Shown piece by piece: positions 52,738 to 61,664 of a stretch of DNA of 64,000 bases. Source of the DNA: Candidatus Anderseniibacteriota bacterium (GTDB lineage Bacteria > Patescibacteriota > Andersenbacteria > UBA10190); contig JBBDOX010000007.1 in NCBI GenBank assembly GCA_040876835.1, positions 7,916-71,915 on the forward strand, read 5' to 3'. A model generated the notes under the pieces. The model worked only from the letters and a program-made list of their open reading frames with translations. It had not been told where the DNA came from and searched no databases. The stretch's first letter is position 1. Every line of letters begins with the position of its first letter. The position numbers and the translations under genes were made by a program.

Positions 52738-53805
52738 TTATTTCTTATGATAGGCAAGTTTAACAATAGTGGCAGCAGATTCACTCATGGGTGTATCAGG
52801 GCCAAATAGATGAAAATCAAAACCCTCTTTTTTGGCTACTTCTTCTAACATGGCAAAGGCTTCTTTCTGACGTGGTCCGTCACGACGAATAACGATAGGG
52901 TATAGAGGCTTTGGTTTGACTGAGCGAAGACCCTCTACAAACCCCAACAATGTCTCATAAATATCAGTGAAATTTGCCGTACCCCCCACTACCCAGCAAC
53001 CCTTCAGGTTAGGCTGGCTTAATACTTGTTTTGTTAGAGCACGAACTACACCAGACTTTGGGTTGCCAGAGTATTCAACATAATTAGCTGGTTTGCCACC
53101 TACTTTCATCAGCGCATCAAGATTAATCATAGAGGCTCCGCCTCCGGAAGCTAGAACGGCAATATCACCCCCGAGCTCTACGTATGGACGTGCTTCAGGG
53201 GTAACTACGTGATCATCAAGGACGATCTTGGCGTCTCCGGCAACGAAACTACCATCTTGAAGTTCAAAAAGAGGGTTTATTTCTACCAGCAGAGCTTTTT
53301 CAGAAATAAAGAGCCTCCACATGTTTTGTAGAATGGTGATTAGCGTTGGGTTTGGAGCAAGGTCGGCTGCTATTAAAGCCTGGCGAGCAAGAAAATCAGG
53401 TAGACCAACAAATATGTTCAGAGTGGTTAGCTGTGCCTTTGCTGTGCCACTTCCTCCTTTTGCATTTATTGCCAGGACGGGACTGCGAGTACTGGTATCA
53501 TAACTTAGACTCATATATCGTTCTGCTTTGGCTGTAACTGCCTGCTCCACCAAGAGGACTTGGGGAGTATGCCCATCGATAGGGGTATTCCAGATTTTCT
53601 GGGCCGCTGAAGCAAAATCAGCTTTCTTTTGCACTAATTTGATACCTCCTTTACGTCCTCGATCACCCACTGGAACTTGAGATTTAATAATGGCCGGAAC
53701 GGCAATAGGACAGCTTTTGGTTCGAGGTGTAATAAGTTTCCTCTTAGGAATAGGGATACTGTATTTAACGAATAATGCTTTTCCTTCGTGTTCTAGTAGG
53801 TTCAT
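52738..53805 (-). CDS. Succinyl-CoA synthetase beta-subunit-like ATP-grasp protein (SucC / citryl-CoA synthetase large subunit-like)
   Basis: 'MNLLEHEGKALFVKYSIPIP' is present, with an ATP-grasp N-terminus and a CoA-ligase C-terminal half. The 355 aa length is slightly short for SucC. Confidence 0.75.
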   Translation of the reverse strand: MNLLEHEGKALFVKYSIPIPKRKLITPRTKSCPIAVPAIIKSQVPVGDRGRKGGIKLVQKKADFASAAQKIWNTPIDGHTPQVLLVEQAVTAKAERYMSLSYDTSTRSPVLAINAKGGSGTAKAQLTTLNIFVGLPDFLARQALIAADLAPNPTLITILQNMWRLFISEKALLVEINPLFELQDGSFVAGDAKIVLDDHVVTPEARPYVELGGDIAVLASGGGASMINLDALMKVGGKPANYVEYSGNPKSGVVRALTKQVLSQPNLKGCWVVGGTANFTDIYETLLGFVEGLRSVKPKPLYPIVIRRDGPRQKEAFAMLEEVAKKEGFDFHLFGPDTPMSESAATIVKLAYHKK

Positions 53806-53819
53806 AGAAGGTCTTTACC

Positions 53820-55678
53820 TTACTCTACGGTAACGGATTTTGCCAAATTTCGCGGTTTGTCTACGTCGCAACCTCGCAAGATAGCCATGTGGTAGGCCAG
53901 GAGCTGTAAGGGAATTACAGTTAGTAAAGGTTGAAGAAAGTCATCAACGTGGGGGATTGAAATAATGTCATCAGCTTTCTTGGCAATCTGAGTATCTCCT
54001 TCACTAGCAATAGCGATAACTGGGCCCTTGCGGGCTTTTATCTCTTCTAAGTTATTCATCACCTTATCGTAGAGTGCACTCTTGGGGTTGATGACAACGC
54101 TAGGCGTATCTTCGTCTACTAGAGCAATGGGGCCATGCTTCATTTCTGCGGCAGGATAACCTTCAGCATGAATGTAGCTCACCTCTTTAAGCTTTAGGGC
54201 GCCTTCGAGAGCAACAGGAAAGTTGTAACCCCGACCAAGGTAGAGCATGTTGTGAACATCTTTGTACTTGAGAGCAATAGCCTTGATCTGCTCCTCGGTT
54301 TGTAAAGTTTTTTCTACAAGGGCAGGTATTTGCTCAAGTTTCTTGATCATTTTTGCACCCTCTGTGGCTGACAGGTTGTGTAAGCGGCCAAAATATATTC
54401 CTAGGAGAATCAAAATAGTCAGTTGGGAAGTGAACGCCTTAGTTGATGCCACTCCAATTTCAGGTCCTGCATGCAGATATATACCGCCCGTAGCCTCGCG
54501 AGCGATTGTACTACCCACAACGTTAACAATGCCCAGGGTAGGAATTTCTTTCCCTTTAAATTCTTGGAGAGCGGCTAGGGTATCAGCTGTTTCCCCTGAT
54601 TGGCTGATGCAGAAAAACAATGTGTTGTCCTCAATGGGGGAGTTGCGATATCGAAGCTCGCTGGCGTATTCAACCTCGACGGGTAGGCGGGAAAATTCCT
54701 CCAATAGGTATTCGCCAAAGAGGGCGGAATGCCAGCTGGTGCCACAGGCAGTAAAAATAACGCGCTTTATCTCGGCGAGCTCCTTTGAGTCCAAGTTTAA
54801 TCCGCCAAAACGGGCAGAGTCTCTGGTTTCGTTAACATGTCCTCGCATGGCATTGCGAATTGTCTGAGTCTGCTCGTGTATTTCTTTGTGCATGTAATGC
54901 TCAAAATCTCCTTTAGAGACGTCGTCAGGGGACCAAGTAATATCCTGGATGTTTGGCGTGACTGCGCCTCCCTTGAGCTGCCGGATGGTAAGGGAGGATG
55001 GGGTGGCAACCGCCACCTCTCCGTCTTTTAGGTAGACAACCTTGTTTGTATAGGGCAGGAGGGCGCTAGGGTCACTGGCGATATAGTGCTCCTCAAGACC
55101 TATTCCCAGTACCAGTGGACTACCCAACTTAGCACTAATGATGGTGTCGGGATGCTTGCTGTGCAGCACGGCGATACCGTAAGCCCCGGTAAGTTGTTTG
55201 ACGGCTGTCTCTACTGCTAGGACGAACAGTTCATCGAAGGGCGTGTTGTGTGCGCTTAGACGACCATACTCTTGGGCAATGAGGTGGGCAATGACTTCGG
55301 TGTCAGTGTCGCTTCGGAAGGTTATGCCAGCCTTTTTAAGATTTTCTCGCAGTTCATCATAGTTTTCGATTACTCCGTTATGAACAACAGCTACTTCATT
55401 ATTTAGGCTGACGTGGGGATGGGCATTAATGTCATTTGCGGGCCCGTGAGTAGCCCAGCGGGTATGGCTAATACCGCATGTGCCAGCTAAGCCAGTGCCC
55501 TGCAGTGCTGTTTCAAGGTCTGCTACACGGCCAGCCTTTTTACTTACCTGGATTGTTTGATTCTGAATGGTAGCGATTCCAGCACTGTCATATCCTCTAT
55601 ATTCAAGCTGCTTTAAGCCGGCCAGTAGTATGGGCTGCGCCTGTTTATGACCAACGTATCCAACGATACCGCACATAG
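53820..55678 (-). CDS. glmS: Glutamine--fructose-6-phosphate aminotransferase GlmS
   Basis: The N-terminal nucleophile is 'MCGIVGYVGHK', followed by two SIS domains. The C-terminus is '...KPRNLAKSVTVE'. The internal ATG at 55676-55678 is the true start. Confidence 0.95.
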
Positions 55679-55730
55679 ATATATAAGTATGTTGCTTGTC
55701 GCGCCTATCTGCTAGCCTTAGGCTTAACGT

Positions 55731-56513
55731 ATGGAATTCATTGATATCATCATCCTCGGTCTTGTACAAGGATTAACCGAATTTCTTCCGGTTAGCTCAA
55801 GCGGACACTTGATCTTAACTCGCAATCTCTTTGGTATATCCGACATATCTGGCAATGCTATTGATGCCTTCTTACACTTAGGCACCTTATGCGCAGTTCT
55901 TGTCTACTACTGGAAAACCTGGCGAGAGCTTTTTGCGGGGGCTTTATCATCTGACGGAAGACAGCAGAAGGATATGTTAGGAAAACTGGCATTGGCGACT
56001 GTTCCGGCAGCGATTCTGGGATATTTTCTTCAGGGTTGGATTGAGGATTTTCTTCGTGATCCCCGATATGTAGCGGTGGCTTTGCTGGTAACAGCTAGTA
56101 TTTTGTTTATAGCTGATAGATATGCCAAACATGTTTCGGAAAAGAAAGAACCAAGTTACAAAGATGCACTTTTGATAGGCTTAGCGCAGGTGGCGGCTCT
56201 CTTACCGGGAATTTCTCGTTCCGGGGTAACAATGGCAGCTGGCCGCGGACGAGGGCTTTCTCGGCAAGAAGCGGCTCGATTTTCTTTCCTTATGTCGGCT
56301 CCTATTATTGCCGGGGCAGGGTTAACCAGTGTTGCAGATTTAGTTTCTGCAGCAACAATACCGGCTCCTGAGCTAATAGTAGGGTTTATTGCTTCATTCC
56401 TTGCAGGACTTCTGGCCATTTTTGGGATCTTTAAGATTTTGGAGAAATCTTCTTTTACACCATTTATAATCTACCTAGTGGCTGCTTCTGTGTTACTGTT
56501 TTTAACTTTGTAA
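55731..56513 (+). CDS. uppP: Undecaprenyl-diphosphate phosphatase UppP/BacA
   Basis: 'GLVQGLTEFLPVSSSGHLIL' and 'SRSGVTMAAG' are present. Confidence 0.9.
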   Translation: MEFIDIIILGLVQGLTEFLPVSSSGHLILTRNLFGISDISGNAIDAFLHLGTLCAVLVYYWKTWRELFAGALSSDGRQQKDMLGKLALATVPAAILGYFLQGWIEDFLRDPRYVAVALLVTASILFIADRYAKHVSEKKEPSYKDALLIGLAQVAALLPGISRSGVTMAAGRGRGLSRQEAARFSFLMSAPIIAGAGLTSVADLVSAATIPAPELIVGFIASFLAGLLAIFGIFKILEKSSFTPFIIYLVAASVLLFLTL

Positions 56514-56514
56514 T

Positions 56515-56979
56515 ATGGAGAATCTGGAAGGAGAAATAGTATTGCCTGATCTACAAGCACTGGAGATGATCGCAATTCGTTTAGCAGAACAGCTTACTGG
56601 AGGTGATGTAGTGTTGCTTAAGGGGGAGCTAGGGGCAGGGAAAACAACGTTTACTCAAATGCTGGCTCACGCTCTGGGGGCGCAGGAGAGGGTGCCCTCT
56701 CCTACGTTTACTATAGAGGCTCGGTATCCACTTTCAGGAGCACAGGCCCAAGAATTAGTGCATATTGATCTTTACCGGCTATCGTCTTTGCAGGGCGGTA
56801 GTGAGGACACATTGCACTTTCAGGAATTGTTTGATGGTAGTAGGGAGCAAGGACGAATAGTTGTAGTTGAATGGGCAGAGCGTCTAGGCTCTACTGCACC
56901 ACCTTCGTTCTGGGAGCTTCAATTCAAGCATGGGTCGTCAGGGAACTCTCGAACCGTTATTGTTACTCATCATGTCTAA
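56515..56979 (+). CDS. tsaE: tRNA t6A37 biosynthesis ATPase TsaE
   Basis: 'GDVVLLKGELGAGKTTFTQ' and 'HIDLYRL' are present. Confidence 0.8.
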   Translation: MENLEGEIVLPDLQALEMIAIRLAEQLTGGDVVLLKGELGAGKTTFTQMLAHALGAQERVPSPTFTIEARYPLSGAQAQELVHIDLYRLSSLQGGSEDTLHFQELFDGSREQGRIVVVEWAERLGSTAPPSFWELQFKHGSSGNSRTVIVTHHV

Positions 56980-59698
56980 GCGACAAAAACTAGCACTTAT
57001 TGACGCTAACGCCCTCATCCACCGGGCTTATCACGCGTTGCCGCCCATGAGTACCTCTGACGGCACACCAACTAACGCCGTATATGGATTTACGACGATG
57101 TTGTTAAAGATGTTTGCAACCATTAAACCTACACATATCGTGGCGGCATTTGACGTGAAGGGGCCTACCTTTAGAAAAGAGGCATATGCAAAGTATAAGG
57201 CTCATCGCAAAGCTACCCCCGATGATCTCGTTGAGCAGTTTGCGTTAGTGAAAGAAGTGTTGAAGGCATTTAACATTCCTATGATAGAAAAACAGGGTTT
57301 TGAGGCAGACGACGTTATTGGAACTCTTGTTGAAGAAGTAAATGGTAATGTTCAAAAAATAATTGTGACCGGAGATATGGATACGCTTCAGCTTATTGAT
57401 GATGATACGTCCGTGTTTACTCTTAAGCGCGGTTTAACCGATACGGTATTGTATGACGCTCGGATGGTACAGGAGAAGTTCGGATTTAGCCCGGAGTACG
57501 TTGTCGACTACAAAGGATTGCGAGGCGATCCGTCAGATAATATTCCGGGCGTGGCCGGAGTTGGTGACAAAACAGCGCGAGAGCTTATCATCCAGTTTGG
57601 GTCAATCGAAGAGGTTTACAAGCACCTTGATGAGGTATCTCCCCGAGTAAAATCTCGCCTGGAAGGAGGTAAGAAAGAAGCTCTACTTAGCAAAGAGCTG
57701 GCTACGATTCGTAGGGATGTACCGATACAATTTTCTCTCGCAGACGCTGAAGCTGAGGATTTCAATCCGGAAGCTGTGCGTGACGTATTTGTAAAAATGA
57801 ACTTTAATAGTTTACTTAATCGTTTGCCTAGCGGAGCTTCCAGCATTCAACCAACCCTTTTTACCAACAACAGTAATGCACTAGCAACAAATGCTAACCT
57901 GCCAGAACATTATTACCTAGTGCAGAGTGCGAAAGGTAAAAAAGATTTACAGGTGTTGTTACGCAAGCAAACCTTAATTGCGTTTGATACCGAGACAGAT
58001 CAGCTTGGCCCGCGTCAACACCCTATCTTAGGGATGAGTTTTGCTATTCGAGACGATAAGAAAAATATTACTGCCTGGTACGTTCCGGTGACTCCTGCTG
58101 AACTCGAAGAGTGGCGAGATATTTTAGAGAGTCCAAAGATTAAAAAAACTGGCCATAATCTTAAGTATGACTACGAGGTCTTGCTGCAGACTGGTATCTT
58201 AATGGAGGGTATCGAATTTGATTCAATGATTGCCGCTTATTTACTTAACCCGGGAGCTCGGCAGTTCGGTATGGATGCTTTAGCGATTCAGGAGCTGTCG
58301 TATCATCCGATTCCCCTTACGGACCTGATCGGCTCCGGCGCACAGCAAAAGAGGCTGTCGGAAGTGTCTGTGCCAGAGCTAGCCCGGTACGCTTGTGAGG
58401 ATGCGGATATTTCTCTTCAATTATACGAAACGTTCGCACCACGTATTGAAAAAGAAGGTCTTAAAAGAGTGTTTGTGGAGCTTGAATTGCCCCTAATACC
58501 TATTTTGGCGCGGATAGAAAACAACGGTATTAGTGTAGATACAACAATATTGAGCAAGTTGAACATAAAAGTTACCCATAGACTTCAACAACTTGAGAAG
58601 AGCATTTGGAAAGAGGCGGGAGAAGAGTTCAACATCAATTCGACTCAGCAGTTGAGGGTGATCTTATTCGAGAGGCTGCAGTTACCGACTGACGATATTA
58701 AGCGAACCCAAACTGGATATTCCACAGCTGCCTCGGAACTGGAGAAGCTTCATGGCAAGCATCCAATCATTATATTATTGGAAGAGTACCGTGAGCTGAG
58801 CAAGCTCAAAAACACCTACATTGATACCTTGCCAACATTGGTTGATCCTGAGACGAGTCGCATTTATGCTTCATTCAATCAAACCGTTGCTGCAACGGGC
58901 CGTCTCAGTTCTTCTGATCCGAATCTGCAGAATATTCCGGTTCGCACCGAGATGGGACAGGAAATCCGCAAAGCGTTTGTGGCTGAGAAGGGAAATGTTT
59001 TAGTAAAAGCTGATTACTCACAAATAGAGCTGCGGTTGGCTGCTCATATGTCCCGAGATGAAAAAATGATGGGTGTGTTTCGAGCGGGTAAAGATATTCA
59101 CAGTGCTACTGCAGCGTGGGTGTATGGAATTGATATCGATAGCGTGACATCTAGTCAGCGGCGGGAAGCTAAGACTTTGAATTTTGGAGTTTTATATGGA
59201 ATGGGACCGCAAAGCTTTGCGCGGGCAGCAGGGATCAGTGTCGAGGAAGCGCGATCATTTATTGGCCGCTATAGAAAGCAATATGCAGGACTGGCTGGAT
59301 ACATCGAAGAGACTATTGAATTTGCTCGGGAACATGAAGAGGTAAGTACGCTTTTCGGACGCAAGCGATATCTTCCCGAAATCCACTCTCGTGCTCCGGC
59401 GATCGCAGCTCAAGCGGAACGAATGGCATTTAATTTTCCATTACAAGGAACAGCCGCAGATCTTCTGAAAAAGGCAATGATTGAGTTGCATAATTTCATT
59501 CAACATAAATACCCTGATGCCCGAATGGTATTAACGGTACATGATGAATTGGTGTGTGAAGTTTCAAAAGAAGATGCACAAGAATTTGCACAGGAAATGA
59601 AACATATTATGGAGCAGGTGATTACGTTAGATGTCCCAATTGTGGTAGATGTAGCGCTGGGAGGAAACTGGCAGGATGTGGAAGAATTAAAATTATAA
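56972..59698 (+). CDS. polA: DNA polymerase I
   Basis: The 5'-3' exonuclease N-terminus is 'LALIDANALIHRAYHALP'. The polymerase motifs are 'DYSQIELRLAAHMS', 'RREAKTLNFGVLYGMG' and 'VHDELVCEV'. The ATG at 56972 overlaps the tsaE end. Confidence 0.95.
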   Translation: MSKRQKLALIDANALIHRAYHALPPMSTSDGTPTNAVYGFTTMLLKMFATIKPTHIVAAFDVKGPTFRKEAYAKYKAHRKATPDDLVEQFALVKEVLKAFNIPMIEKQGFEADDVIGTLVEEVNGNVQKIIVTGDMDTLQLIDDDTSVFTLKRGLTDTVLYDARMVQEKFGFSPEYVVDYKGLRGDPSDNIPGVAGVGDKTARELIIQFGSIEEVYKHLDEVSPRVKSRLEGGKKEALLSKELATIRRDVPIQFSLADAEAEDFNPEAVRDVFVKMNFNSLLNRLPSGASSIQPTLFTNNSNALATNANLPEHYYLVQSAKGKKDLQVLLRKQTLIAFDTETDQLGPRQHPILGMSFAIRDDKKNITAWYVPVTPAELEEWRDILESPKIKKTGHNLKYDYEVLLQTGILMEGIEFDSMIAAYLLNPGARQFGMDALAIQELSYHPIPLTDLIGSGAQQKRLSEVSVPELARYACEDADISLQLYETFAPRIEKEGLKRVFVELELPLIPILARIENNGISVDTTILSKLNIKVTHRLQQLEKSIWKEAGEEFNINSTQQLRVILFERLQLPTDDIKRTQTGYSTAASELEKLHGKHPIIILLEEYRELSKLKNTYIDTLPTLVDPETSRIYASFNQTVAATGRLSSSDPNLQNIPVRTEMGQEIRKAFVAEKGNVLVKADYSQIELRLAAHMSRDEKMMGVFRAGKDIHSATAAWVYGIDIDSVTSSQRREAKTLNFGVLYGMGPQSFARAAGISVEEARSFIGRYRKQYAGLAGYIEETIEFAREHEEVSTLFGRKRYLPEIHSRAPAIAAQAERMAFNFPLQGTAADLLKKAMIELHNFIQHKYPDARMVLTVHDELVCEVSKEDAQEFAQEMKHIMEQVITLDVPIVVDVALGGNWQDVEELKL

Positions 59699-59959
59699 AG
59701 GGGTATACTAGAAAGATTGCTTGAGCGCGAACGCTGGGTAATCACCTGTTCGTTGCCTTGGTCAACTTGGGTAGTCGCGCGTAGCGGCTTCCAGGAAGAT
59801 CGCACTTTATCAGGAGTGCAGACATGTTGTCGACACTCGCGGGACGGTCCCGACGGAGCCATGGGAGGGAGGTGGTCACCCTTGTTGTCCACCGTTGATT
59901 CCCATACCAAGGAGATGCCTATCGAAGAGCCCATCTCGTGAGTAGTGCTTCTGTCACTA

Positions 59960-59983
59960 GGGGCATATCGCAAGATATGCCCC
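59960..59983 (+). terminator. Strong GNRA-capped hairpin (possible terminator / 3' end of a candidate ncRNA)
   Basis: A perfect 10 bp stem 'ggggcatatc'/'gatatgcccc' with GCAA tetraloop is followed by 'gcatttcatt'. Confidence 0.4.
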
Positions 59984-59988
59984 GCATT

Positions 59989-61065
59989 TCATTCGAACTG
60001 ATTTATGCACTCGTTGAAGGTACGAACTTGCTGATTATATTTTTCTGCAGCAGCCTGGGTGCCAGAATCGCTCATGCCGTACTGTTTTATAAGCTCATTG
60101 TATTGCTGCTTGAGAGAATTGAGTTGATCGTTGGCAGTCTGAGCCTCAGTTTGTTTTTCCTCTGCCTCTTGTAGTAGTACATTTCCCTCTGCATGTAGTC
60201 GTTCGCCTTCGTCCCAATAGGGTTGAGCTTGTTCGCGCGAACCAGTCTCCTGATAGATATTATTGCCTTTTTCGATGTTTTCATTCCCTTTTTTAATTTT
60301 TGAGTTTCCCTCCTTTGCTAAGAACTTTGTTTCTTCAATTAAATCTTCAACGATGATGGTTTGTTCGGTGATTTGAGTATCAAGATCAGATAGTTCCTGC
60401 TCGATTTGTCGGATTAAAAACTCTTTGTTCTCGAAGTTCTGCAAGAAGCTACTGTCTGGGCTGGGACATGCGGACAGGGGGGTTCCAAATGTTTGAACTG
60501 CCAACCAAGTAGTCCGTCCTTCAAATTCTCCTTTTTCAACCGCAATTCCAAGTTCACGAAAGTTGTTCGATAGGATATTGGCGCGATGGCCTGGACTATC
60601 CATCCAGGCTTGTACCAACGCTTCGTCTGAACTGAAGTTCCCTAGGGCCAGGTTTTCACCAACAGTGATGTATTCGTATTTCGCGGCTTCTACAACATCA
60701 GAAGGTCCTCGTCCGTCAGGAGAAATATGCTCAAAGTATTGTTGGTTAAACATATCTTCAAGTTTCAGCTGAGCTGCCTTATTAAGCGCGTTGTTACGCA
60801 GTAAAGGTGGAAGGCCGTTGCCTTGTCGTTGGCTGTTAGTGGCACTGAATACCCCATCTGTTGTAAGAATGCCAGCTGCTTCACTGCCTGAATGGCGAAG
60901 AGGCTCTGGGGTACTAAGAATTTTTTGCAAGGACTTAAGTTGCTCTGTGGGCAATGCTGAGGAAGGTATAACGAGTGGTGAAGCGTCAGACATATATAAA
61001 AGAATCCCAGCTGCTCCGAGGCAGAGGACAATAAGCGCGATGGGTAGTGTGTAACGACCGGTCAT
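59989..61065 (-). CDS. CAP/SCP (PR-1-like) domain secreted protein with a C-terminal coiled-coil region
   Basis: 'LVQAWMDSPGHRANIL' and 'GIAVEKGEFEGRTTWLAVQTFG' match the CAP domain. The last 150 aa or so are E/Q/K-rich heptads. It has an N-terminal TM/signal. Confidence 0.6.
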   Translation of the reverse strand: MTGRYTLPIALIVLCLGAAGILLYMSDASPLVIPSSALPTEQLKSLQKILSTPEPLRHSGSEAAGILTTDGVFSATNSQRQGNGLPPLLRNNALNKAAQLKLEDMFNQQYFEHISPDGRGPSDVVEAAKYEYITVGENLALGNFSSDEALVQAWMDSPGHRANILSNNFRELGIAVEKGEFEGRTTWLAVQTFGTPLSACPSPDSSFLQNFENKEFLIRQIEQELSDLDTQITEQTIIVEDLIEETKFLAKEGNSKIKKGNENIEKGNNIYQETGSREQAQPYWDEGERLHAEGNVLLQEAEEKQTEAQTANDQLNSLKQQYNELIKQYGMSDSGTQAAAEKYNQQVRTFNECINQFE

Positions 61066-61186
61066 AACATCTTGTGTAATAGTACCTTATATAGTTTCGT
61101 GATGAGCATGCTCGTCTGCACAAAATAAATAAAGAAAACTGTTTGGGCGTTGGGAGAAGACGCAGTTTCGACGTACAATATAAGGC

Positions 61187-61663
61187 ATGGCTCAATCCTT
61201 TGAACGCACGCCCCAGGAGCGCGAAACACTGATTTTCTCCCAGCCGGAACAGGCGCAGGAGTTCTCTGAGAGGGTGGCTGAGCGTATAACTACACCCACT
61301 GGCCAGCGATCTAAAAAAGAATCTTTAGCTCAAGAGTTGGCTGAGGAGTTTGATCGTCAGGGAGAAGGGGTGGGTAAGGTACTGCATCCGTGGGAACATA
61401 CTGCCGAAGAGCACCAGGAGGTCCAACAGCTTGTTAATGTCGCTTTTGAGAAAGATCTGCCAGCAGCCTTGAAGCTGGCTCGATCAAGCAATCATTACCC
61501 TCGAAACATCGATCTGTTGCATGATGTGTTAACGACCGAGATGTACGAGTTAGTCAGAGAGTCTCATCTTAACCACCAACCAACAGGCGTAGTGTGGCTT
61601 GTAACGGCAGTCTTGATTTTACTGGCAGGCGTTGGCGTTATTCTTTTTATCTTCATAAGTTGA
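61187..61663 (+). CDS. Hypothetical C-terminally anchored membrane protein preceding the coupling-protein gene
   Basis: A 158 aa acidic N-terminal region is followed by the C-terminal TM 'VVWLVTAVLILLAGVGVILFIFI'. Its stop lies 1 nt before the next ATG. Confidence 0.4.
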   Translation: MAQSFERTPQERETLIFSQPEQAQEFSERVAERITTPTGQRSKKESLAQELAEEFDRQGEGVGKVLHPWEHTAEEHQEVQQLVNVAFEKDLPAALKLARSSNHYPRNIDLLHDVLTTEMYELVRESHLNHQPTGVVWLVTAVLILLAGVGVILFIFIS

Positions 61664-61664
61664 T

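Noticed and set aside
55679-55730. Looked for a glmS ribozyme upstream of glmS
   Set aside because: Only about 52 nt separate the glmS start from the divergent uppP start, which is too short for the roughly 170 nt ribozyme. No conserved core was visible.
59699-59988. Tried to identify the intergenic RNA candidate as tmRNA, RNase P RNA or SRP RNA
   Set aside because: No tag-peptide reading frame ending in a hydrophobic ALAA-like tail, no 'GGAAAGUCCGG' P4 motif, and no 'GGAAGGAAGCAGC' SRP domain IV motif could be found. The identity is left open.
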